Shown: positions 18,877 through 25,986 of the stretch, one piece after another
Layout: every line of letters begins with the position of its first letter
Position numbering within the stretch: position 1 is the stretch's first letter
From: Planctomycetaceae bacterium
GTDB lineage: Bacteria > Planctomycetota > Planctomycetia > Pirellulales > Thermoguttaceae
Assembly (NCBI GenBank): GCA_003509805.1
Contig: DOMV01000119.1
Coordinates: 729 to 40,294, forward strand
Direction of reading: 5' to 3'
Length of the DNA stretch: 39,566 nucleotides
Program-made: the position numbers and the translations under genes
Notes under the pieces: generated by a model
Seen by the model: only the letters and a program-made list of their open reading frames with translations
Databases searched by the model: none
What the model was told of the DNA's origin: nothing

Positions 18877-19974
18877 ATGACCATCGTTTTCGTTCCCGCT
18901 TTTTTTTGTGCCTTCCTGATTGCCTGCTTCGTTTGTTTCGGGGTCCGTCGCGTTCCCATTCTCGACGATGCCGCCGCCGAATCGCATAAGACGCATTCGG
19001 GAACCATGCCGACCGGCGGAGGGCTCGGCATCTGGCTCGGGGTCGTCGGGACGTTCGTGATCGCGACGGTCGGCCTGTTGCTCGTTGACCGGTTTCCCGG
19101 ATCAAGATTGTTGCCGGGTGACGTTGCGGTCCACATCCCGGGCCTGCTTTCAAAACTGGGGCAACTCTGGACGCTGCTCGGTTTGGGAAGTGTCCTGTTC
19201 GTTCTCGGGACGTTCGACGACCGCTATAAACTCAGTTGGAAAATCCGTCTTCTCGTGCAATTCATGGTTGCGATTGCCGTCGTTTCCCTGGGATTCCGGA
19301 TCACGGCGTTTATCGATATCCCCTTGCTGACCGCGGCGCTGAGCGTCCTGTGGATCGTGGCACTGACGAATTCCTTCAACATGCTCGACAACATGGATGG
19401 TCTTTCCGCGGGCGTCGCGGTTATCTGCTCCGTTTTTCTCGCCGTCGTCATGTTTCTCACTCCGAACGCGACGGGGCCTCAATTGTTCATCTGCGGATTC
19501 CTGGTCGTCCTGCTCGGATCGCTCTGCGGGTTCCTTGTGCATAACAATCCTTTCCGGACCCGCTTGTTCATGGGGGACGGCGGCGCCTATTTTATCGGTT
19601 TCCTGTTGGCATGTGCGACGCTGACGGCGACTTTTACCGGTTACGGCAATGAACATCGGCCGCAAACCTTGTTCGTCCCGCTGTTGATTCTCGCCGTCCC
19701 GCTTTACGACACCACGACCGTGGTCCTGATTCGGTTTCGCGAAGGTCGCAGCCCGTTTTCGGGTGATAAAAATCACTTTTCGCATCGTTTGGTCGACCTC
19801 GGCCTTTCACGTCGTCATGCGGTGCTTACGATCTATTTGACAACGGCGACCTGTTGCATCGGCGCGTTACTTCTTTACCAGGTCGATATCGTCGGGGCGA
19901 GCCTGATCGTTCTTCAGACTGGGTTGACCCTTGCGATCATTGCCGTCCTGGAAAGTCGTCGTAAAAGGCACTGA
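18877..19974 (+). CDS. glycosyltransferase family 4 (WecA/MraY-type polyprenyl-phosphate sugar-phosphate transferase)
   Basis: Polytopic membrane protein with the motifs NSFNMLDNMDGLSAG and MGDGGAYFIGF. The ATG at 18877 is preferred because the protein then begins with a TM helix. The tracked start at 18769 is non-ATG. Confidence 0.88.
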   Translation: MTIVFVPAFFCAFLIACFVCFGVRRVPILDDAAAESHKTHSGTMPTGGGLGIWLGVVGTFVIATVGLLLVDRFPGSRLLPGDVAVHIPGLLSKLGQLWTLLGLGSVLFVLGTFDDRYKLSWKIRLLVQFMVAIAVVSLGFRITAFIDIPLLTAALSVLWIVALTNSFNMLDNMDGLSAGVAVICSVFLAVVMFLTPNATGPQLFICGFLVVLLGSLCGFLVHNNPFRTRLFMGDGGAYFIGFLLACATLTATFTGYGNEHRPQTLFVPLLILAVPLYDTTTVVLIRFREGRSPFSGDKNHFSHRLVDLGLSRRHAVLTIYLTTATCCIGALLLYQVDIVGASLIVLQTGLTLAIIAVLESRRKRH

Positions 19975-19993
19975 CCTGACGATAAAAACGAAA

Positions 19994-20019
19994 CGAAGAC
20001 ACACTGCGAAGACACACTG
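19994..20019. repeat. 13-nt tandem duplication CGAAGACACACTG x2
   Basis: Read directly from the sequence, 20 nt after the stop of the glycosyltransferase gene. Confidence 0.85.
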
Positions 20020-20116
20020 CCGGGCTAACCGGATGGCGGCCCTCTGTGCCGTTTCGTACGGCGACCAAGGGAAACTTGACTGGAATCAGGCAAAATGATC
20101 GCCCGCAAAACTTTAC

Positions 20117-20277
20117 TATACTGTAAACGGCATGAAACTACGGCATGTTTTTTCCCTCGCACAATCGCCTGCCGCTCGAACGATCCGTATAAGTAATTAC
20201 ATTAACAAAAGTTAGAAGCGTGCGAGTGCGGCAGGCAGACTTGACCGAATGTCCGTTTTCATCGCGTTTCCAGTATA
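20117..20277 (+). repeat. family A element, full copy (A2)
   Basis: TATACTGTAAACGGCATGAAACTACGGCATG...CACAATCGCCTGCCGCTCGAACGATCCG...GCGAGTGCGGCAGGCAGACTTGACCGAATGTCCGTTTTCATCGCGTTTCCAGTATA. TA lies on both flanks, and there is a small internal ACGGCATG duplication. Confidence 0.88.
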
Positions 20278-20318
20278 CACCCTACCGGCATACCGGTATG
20301 AAAGCTCCGCGGCGGGGA

Positions 20319-20347
20319 TTGACATGTTGACCGGAAGCATATATAAT
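20319..20347 (+). promoter_or_regulatory. sigma70-type promoter for fabF (TTGACA-17-TATAAT)
   Basis: Perfect consensus hexamers with a 17-nt spacer, about 55 nt upstream of the fabF ATG. Confidence 0.65.
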
Positions 20348-20399
20348 CCAGATTGACATTTTTAGTGATTTTGTCAAGCACCAAGAAAGAAAGGTTGCC

Positions 20400-21644
20400 A
20401 TGCGTCGTGTCGTCGTATCGGGAATGGGAGCGATTACCCCGATCGGAAAAACGCTGGAGGAATTTTGGGAAGGACTTCGAAACGGTCGTTGCGGTGTCGG
20501 CCCGATTACGCGCTTCGATGCTTCGGCGCTTCCGTGCCGTGTTGCCGCGGAGGTCAAGAATTTCGACGCGTCCGACTACATCGACAAGCGTGAAGTGCAG
20601 CGTACCGCGCTCTTCAGTCAATTTGCGATGATCGCCGCCGATGAAGCCTGGACCCATGCCGGATTGCGGGGAAATACCGCGATCGACCCGGACAAGGTGT
20701 GCATCCTGCTCGGAAACGGGATCGGCGGACTCGAAGTCGATACGGAATCCCAGCGTAAACTGGTCGAAAAGGGGCCGTCGAAAATTCCCGCGATGACCAT
20801 TCCCCGAATGCTGTGCAATGAAGCGCCGGGAAACGTGTCGATGCGGCTGGGGCTCAGGGGTTCGGCGCATGCGGTGGTAACCGCCTGTGCGAGCGGGACG
20901 GACGCCTTGGGGTTTTCCCTCGATCTCATTCGGAGCGGCCGCAGCGACGTCGTCTTGACCGGCGGTTGCGAAGGAACGATCAACGTCTACGGGATCGGCG
21001 GCTTTTGCTCCCTGAAAGCGCTCAGTACCGCCTTCAACGACACCCCGGAAAAAGCGAGTCGGCCGTTCGATGTCCGTCGGGACGGTTTCGTCATGGGAGA
21101 AGGGGCCGGCGTTCTGGTGTTCGAGGAATATGAGCACGCGAAGGCGAGGAACGCGACCATTTACGCGGAAATCGCCGGGTTCGGCTCCACGGCCGACGCA
21201 TACCACCTGACCGCCCCGGACCCGGAAGGCAACGGGGCGATGCGGGCCATCCGGCTCGCTCTCAAGGATGCCGGGCTGGAACCGGAAATGATCGATTACG
21301 TCAACGCGCACGGGACGTCGACGCCGACCAACGATCCTGTCGAAACGAAAGGGATCAAGGCGGCGTTCGGCGAACATGCGTACAAGCTGAAAGTCTCTTC
21401 CACGAAAGGAATGACCGGGCATTGCCTCGGGGCCGCCGGAGCGATCGAGGCGCTGGCCTGCGTTCTGGCCGTTCACGAGAATTTCATACCGCCGACGATC
21501 AACCTTGAGGAACCGGATCCCGAGTGTGATCTCGATTATGTGCCCAACCGGGGCATTGCCCTTCCCGTGCGTGCGGCCGTTTCGACCTCGCTCGGTTTCG
21601 GAGGGCATAATTCGGTCGTCGTCGTGAAAAAATGCACCGGCTGA
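20400..21644 (+). CDS. fabF: 3-oxoacyl-ACP synthase II
   Basis: 414 aa. MRRVVVSGMGAITPIG, active-site ACASG, NAHGTSTP and SLGFGGHN. A perfect sigma70 promoter lies upstream. Confidence 0.95.
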   Translation: MRRVVVSGMGAITPIGKTLEEFWEGLRNGRCGVGPITRFDASALPCRVAAEVKNFDASDYIDKREVQRTALFSQFAMIAADEAWTHAGLRGNTAIDPDKVCILLGNGIGGLEVDTESQRKLVEKGPSKIPAMTIPRMLCNEAPGNVSMRLGLRGSAHAVVTACASGTDALGFSLDLIRSGRSDVVLTGGCEGTINVYGIGGFCSLKALSTAFNDTPEKASRPFDVRRDGFVMGEGAGVLVFEEYEHAKARNATIYAEIAGFGSTADAYHLTAPDPEGNGAMRAIRLALKDAGLEPEMIDYVNAHGTSTPTNDPVETKGIKAAFGEHAYKLKVSSTKGMTGHCLGAAGAIEALACVLAVHENFIPPTINLEEPDPECDLDYVPNRGIALPVRAAVSTSLGFGGHNSVVVVKKCTG

Positions 21645-21735
21645 AAGTGTTCGGTTCCCGTACAATCGCTACTCTCCCCGGCAGGTTGAATATCTCCGCT
21701 CTCACGGCCGATAGCGCCGGTTGGAGGTGGATCGT

Positions 21736-22821
21736 ATGAAGGCTGAAACATGTTTGTTGAGCGACCTGATTCCGCAACGACACGGGACATACTGGTTTTT
21801 CGGGCTCCTGAGCGTCGGCGGCATGGCCGTGCTGAGCTACGGCTACATGAAAATGCCGCAATTGGCCGAAAAATGCGGACTCGAACGGCTCGGGCCGCTT
21901 GATCTGGAGACGCCGGGCTCGCTGTTCTCGTGGTGGATGGCGGTGCTGTGGCTCCTTGCCGCCGTGACCGCCTGGTTCATTTTCCAACACTCGCGGACAC
22001 CGGCCTTTCAGGAGATCGTCAATACGAAAAACGAAACCGTCGGTGGCGAAAACTCCCACCCGGGCGGCGACGCCGCAAATCGCGGCGGTTCCCGGCTGGC
22101 CGACATCTGGCTCTGGGCGGGATTGGGTTGCCTGTTTCTCAGTATCGATGAAACGGTTCGTTTTCGGGAATTGCTGCGGGAACTGCTCCTGATGCACGGC
22201 GGGGCTCGTTTCAACGACGGCGGCGACTTCTGGTGGATCGGAATCTATTTCCTCTTCTTTTTCGGGCTGATCGGAACCCGCCTGGTCGTTGAAATGCGCC
22301 GATTTTTCCCGGCAATGAACTTTTTTCTGGCGGCCATGCTCTTCTTTGTCGCCGCCTCGGCCGTCCAACTCGGAGCGTTCGATGAGAATGACCGTTTTTC
22401 GCCGGAGGAACTTCTCATGCTCTGCTGTTCGGCTGAGATGGGCGCGATTTTGTTGCTCCTGATTTCTTTTGCCGTGTACGCCCGGTTCCTGGTTTTGCTC
22501 GATCCGGAAATGACTCTGCGGTGGCTCGGCGAACGTTGGAACGAGAACAAGGAAACCGGGTTTTCCCGGGGAGTAGGCAGCGCATCCACGCCGGCGACGA
22601 AAGACGATGGCGGAATCGGCGCGAAAAACGGCGGTAAAAACGATCATGACGCCCAAAAGGGACCCGCGGTTCCATCCGAGCCGGAATCCGACGATTTCGA
22701 GGTCGCGACGTCGCCGAAAAAAATCCGGGTCACGCCCATCGGCAATCAATCGCGGAATCACGAAACCACCTCGGCGGAAGAATTGGCCCGCCTGCGCCAC
22801 GCCGCCGAGGAGGATTCGTAA
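21736..22821 (+). CDS. hypothetical integral membrane protein
   Basis: The ORF has about 7 hydrophobic segments and a hydrophilic C-terminal tail of about 90 aa. No family recognised. The ATG at 21736 is preferred over the tracked TTG at 21721. Confidence 0.6.
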   Translation: MKAETCLLSDLIPQRHGTYWFFGLLSVGGMAVLSYGYMKMPQLAEKCGLERLGPLDLETPGSLFSWWMAVLWLLAAVTAWFIFQHSRTPAFQEIVNTKNETVGGENSHPGGDAANRGGSRLADIWLWAGLGCLFLSIDETVRFRELLRELLLMHGGARFNDGGDFWWIGIYFLFFFGLIGTRLVVEMRRFFPAMNFFLAAMLFFVAASAVQLGAFDENDRFSPEELLMLCCSAEMGAILLLLISFAVYARFLVLLDPEMTLRWLGERWNENKETGFSRGVGSASTPATKDDGGIGAKNGGKNDHDAQKGPAVPSEPESDDFEVATSPKKIRVTPIGNQSRNHETTSAEELARLRHAAEEDS

Positions 22822-23347
22822 TGGAGAATTGAGAATGCATTTCGCCTCCTCGCCAAAATCTGTGGGTGCATCCCGGTTCCTCTACTTTTTACCCACACGT
22901 CTTGGTGGGGAACCTCACTTTTGAGGAATTGAATGCGTCCACTCGCACGACGATATCCTGTGCGCCCGGATATTTATAGACCTGCGAATAAATTTTGACC
23001 AGTCGGTCGAGCCGCTCCTACGCGCCGTATGGTTGGAATACGGCGCGGCTTCCTTCGGCGCCGCCACGTTCAAACTTTCTTGTCCCATTCTGGGATATAA
23101 AAACCCTCGCCTTGAGGCGATACTTTTGTTACACTGGGTTGTATGGGCAATTATCGCCGCACATCCCATACGAAGTTTGACATCAAATTGCATTTCGTTT
23201 GCCCCGTTCGATTGGCAGGGCGAAATTTCGCAAAAAATTGCTGATCGGTTCGGTCGCGACGCGGGCTCGTGATCGGATCCGACAGATTATAACGATTGAC
23301 GGCAAACTATGGGATAAGGATTTTGCTTTATGAGGAAAATGCGTACA

Positions 23348-23433
23348 TATACTGTTTATATTTTTTTCTTTTTGTTGTTCGTTATCCTCTTGCATATTGT
23401 GCGCGGGAACAATTTCAGGCCGTTTACGGTATA
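23348..23433. repeat. mini element (86 nt): A-type termini around an AT-rich filler
   Basis: TATACTGTTTATATTTTTTTC...TTGTGCGCGGGAACAATTTCAGGCCGTTTACGGTATA. The right half is the reverse complement of the A 5' arm, in the subtype seen at 36571-36786. TA lies on both flanks. Confidence 0.6.
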
Positions 23434-23567
23434 TCTAATTTCGGGAATGGGTGACAGGGCCTAGTCAAAACCACTCTTTTTCGATAGAATGGAGCTGTTT
23501 GTCGGAAAACAGATTGTTATGATTCCGGCCATCAGTATTACTCTTTCTCATGAAAGGGCGATTGTTC

Positions 23568-25217
23568 ATGTACCAGGAATTTGACCTGAGTTCGTACGGT
23601 ATCCACGTTGAGAAGGTGCTCAGAAATCCCGCTCCGGCGAGTTTGTATGAAGACGCGATCACCAGGGAGCATGCCGCGATCACTTCGACAGGGGCGTTGA
23701 TCAACAGCTCCGGAGCAAAAACGGGCCGCAGCCCCAGAGATAAACGTATTGTCGATAACCCGGTCAGTTCTGAAGATATTTGGTGGGGACCGGTCAATAT
23801 CAAACTTCCGGAAGAACTGTTCGACCAGAATCGTCGCCGCGCGGTCGATTATCTCAATACCCGGGAATTGCTCTATGTCATTGACGGATATGCCGGTTGG
23901 GATCCGGAACATCGCCTGAAAATCCGGATTATCTGCTGTCGGGCCTACCATGCGTTGTTCATGTACAACATGCTGGTACGACCGACGCCTGAAGATCTGC
24001 TCGACTTCGGGACGCCTGATTTCGTCGTGTTCAACGCCGGGCAGTTTCCCGCCAACCCTGTTCCGCCGTACATTCCGGGAACGACGAGTGTCGCGCTTTC
24101 GTTCGAGAAAAAGGAGTTCGTCATTCTCGGCACCCAGTACGCCGGCGAAATGAAAAAGGGTGTTTTCACGATCATGAACTACCTCATGCCCAAGCAGGGC
24201 ATGGTTTCCATGCACTGCTCGGCCAACGAGGGACCCGAAGGGGATGTTTCGCTCTTTTTCGGTCTTTCCGGGACGGGCAAAACGACACTTTCGACCGAGC
24301 CGAACCGGAAATTGATCGGCGACGACGAACATTTCTGGACGAAGGACGGGATCGTCAACATTGAGGGGGGATGTTATGCCAAGTGCATCAATCTTTCCCC
24401 CGAAAGCGAACCGGAGATTTACAATGCGATCCGCTTCGGAACCGTGCTGGAAAACACGGTTTACGACGCCGTTACCCGGGAAGTCGATTTCGCGGACAAA
24501 ACAATTACCGAGAACACCAGGTCTTCCTACCCGATCGAGTTTATCCCGAACATCAAAAAGCCGTGTGTGGGCGGTCATCCGAGAAATATCGTCTTCCTTT
24601 CCTGTGACGCTTTCGGTGTGTTGCCACCGGTGAGCCGCCTGACGCCCGAGCAGGCGATGTATCACTTCATGAGCGGTTATACCGCCAAAGTCGCGGGAAC
24701 GGAAATGGGTGTCGTGGAACCCCAGGCCACTTTCTCGGCGTGTTTCGGAGCGGCGTTTCTCGTCTGGCACCCCGTCAAATACGCGGAACTGTTGGCGCAA
24801 CAAATGCAACAACACGGTTCGGCGGCCTGGCTGGTGAACACCGGGTGGAGCGGCGGTCAATACGGTGTCGGACAACGCCTCTCGATCAAGTATACCCGTG
24901 CCATCATCGACGGTATTCACAGCGGGGAACTTGCCAAAAGCCCGATGGAACGCGATCCGGTTTTCGGACTTGCGACGCCGACCAAATGTTCCGGTGTGCC
25001 CCAGGAAATCCTGAATCCGCGAAACACTTGGAAAGACAAGGCGGAATACGACCGTTTGGCGATGTATCTAGCCGGTTTGTTCAAACTTAACTTTGCCAAA
25101 TACGAGGAAGGAGCCAATGCGTTCGGCGAATCCGGAAAGGCCGTTTTCAACGCGGGTCCGCTGAAATTCGAGGATCTTTCGCAATCCGGTATCAATTTCG
25201 ACGCACTGGGTGGTTGA
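23568..25217 (+). CDS. pckA: phosphoenolpyruvate carboxykinase (ATP)
   Basis: Kinase-1a motif GLSGTGKTTLS plus IGDDEH and NIEGGCYAKC. An in-frame ATG at 23550 is an alternative start. Confidence 0.95.
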   Translation: MYQEFDLSSYGIHVEKVLRNPAPASLYEDAITREHAAITSTGALINSSGAKTGRSPRDKRIVDNPVSSEDIWWGPVNIKLPEELFDQNRRRAVDYLNTRELLYVIDGYAGWDPEHRLKIRIICCRAYHALFMYNMLVRPTPEDLLDFGTPDFVVFNAGQFPANPVPPYIPGTTSVALSFEKKEFVILGTQYAGEMKKGVFTIMNYLMPKQGMVSMHCSANEGPEGDVSLFFGLSGTGKTTLSTEPNRKLIGDDEHFWTKDGIVNIEGGCYAKCINLSPESEPEIYNAIRFGTVLENTVYDAVTREVDFADKTITENTRSSYPIEFIPNIKKPCVGGHPRNIVFLSCDAFGVLPPVSRLTPEQAMYHFMSGYTAKVAGTEMGVVEPQATFSACFGAAFLVWHPVKYAELLAQQMQQHGSAAWLVNTGWSGGQYGVGQRLSIKYTRAIIDGIHSGELAKSPMERDPVFGLATPTKCSGVPQEILNPRNTWKDKAEYDRLAMYLAGLFKLNFAKYEEGANAFGESGKAVFNAGPLKFEDLSQSGINFDALGG

Positions 25218-25279
25218 GTTCGCCGCGACCGGCGGCGGGGTGAAATGGTCTCAGCCCTGGAAAATCCGTTCTTGCGCCG

Positions 25280-25307
25280 TTGCACGATAAAAAAAAGCCC
25301 CTATAAT
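25280..25307 (+). promoter_or_regulatory. sigma70-type promoter for tRNA-Ser (TTGCAC-16-TATAAT)
   Basis: The -10 hexamer ends 16 nt before the mature tRNA 5' end. Confidence 0.55.
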
Positions 25308-25323
25308 GTACGTTGTCGTCCTT

Positions 25324-25405
25324 GGAGGGTAAGCGAATGGCTAGCGGCCTCATTGGAAATGAGGTGCCCCGAAAGGGGTTGCGGGTTCGAGTCCCGTGCC
25401 CTCCG
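25324..25405 (+). tRNA. tRNA-Ser (anticodon GGA), class II with long variable arm
   Basis: 7-bp acceptor stem (GGAGGGT/GCCCTCC) with discriminator G. Anticodon arm is CCTCA-TTGGAAA-TGAGG, variable arm CCCC-GAAA-GGGG, T arm GCGGG-TTCGAGT-CCCGT. No CCA is encoded. I could not draw a clean D stem by eye, so tRNAscan-SE should confirm. Confidence 0.8.
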
Positions 25406-25638
25406 CTTTGGCTGTGTGTCGATCGGTCCGCATCGGTCGGTCTCTTGGCTGAAAGTTGGACGTAAGGCGGCGTTGCATGAAAAGCACCCCGAGGGCGGAC
25501 GGGCGAGCCGCTCGGAAGAGCCGTTTCGGCTTCGAACCCCTCGATCGTATGCCGCTTACACTTTCTTCGACGTCGGTCAGTCTTGTTGCCGAAACGATCG
25601 AGGTCGTCGCGCGTATCAAGGAGGATGCCGGCCGGGAA

Positions 25639-25758
25639 TATACTGGAGGCTGTTGAGATTTCCCGAAGCCGACTTTCGAGAAGCCCGCCCTCGAAAAACA
25701 ACACCGCACGGAGGGTAAACGGGCGGACCAAACGGAAAACTCAACCGGCTTCGGACTA
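25639..25758 (-). repeat. family B element, full copy (120 nt)
   Basis: TATACTGGAGGCTGTTGAGATTTCCCGAAGCCGACTTTCGAGAAGCCCGCCCTCGAAAAACAACACCGCACGGAGGGTAAAC...AACGGAAAACTCAACCGGCTTCGGACTA. The reverse complement aligns along its whole length with 9993-10111. Confidence 0.8.
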
Positions 25759-25811
25759 CGATTCCCGGCTCGTAAAGAACCGTTCCCTGATGGTCGCGGC
25801 TCCGATTTGAT

Positions 25812-25971
25812 TATACCGGAAACGCGATGAAAACGGACATTCGGTCAAGTCCGCCTGTCGCACTCGCCCACTCTACCTTTGTCAATGCAGGTATTTACGC
25901 GGATCGTTCGAGCGGCAGGCGGTTATGCGCGGGACTGTTCGCGGGAGGATCGTCATGCCGTTTACGGTCGA
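25812..25971 (-). repeat. family A element, full copy (A3)
   Basis: TATACCGGAAACGCGATGAAAACGGACATTCGGTCAAGTCCGCCTGTCGCACTCGCC...CGTTCGAGCGGCAGGCGG...GGGAGGATCGTCATGCCGTTTACGGTCG. Confidence 0.85.
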
Positions 25972-25986
25972 AGTGCCCGGAAATCG

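Noticed and set aside
20240-20277. The family A 3' arm as an outward-facing promoter (CTTGACC ... TATA).
   Set aside because: The spacing between TTGACC and the terminal TATA is about 27 nt, not 16-18. Genes that have readable promoters in this window use separate TTGACA-17-TATAAT-type sites, for example fabF at 20319-20347, which lies downstream of the element.
20260-20290. A short hydrophobic peptide, M[S/C/V]VFIAFPV..., reads outward from the 3' arm of family A and could be a type I toxin-like peptide.
   Set aside because: After nine codons the frame runs into unique flanking DNA, so each copy has a different tail and stop (one stops immediately at 38420-38422). It is a by-product of the conserved terminal repeat.
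20259-21665. Long antisense ORFs opposite well-supported genes. Examples: 20259..21665(-) opposite fabF, 26041..27798(+) opposite lysC, 23538..24920(-) opposite pckA, 848..1849(-), 17750..18814(-), 21499..22800(-), 28073-region (+) ORFs, and 35864..36622(-).
   Set aside because: These are shadow ORFs typical of GC-rich DNA. Their translations are R/G/P-rich with no recognisable motifs, whereas the opposite strand encodes proteins with clear family signatures.
25192-25731. ORFs of 119-179 aa on both strands covering the tRNA-Ser gene and the adjacent spacer.
   Set aside because: They overlap a tRNA gene and a family B repeat and overlap each other in several frames. They show no start context or family resemblance.
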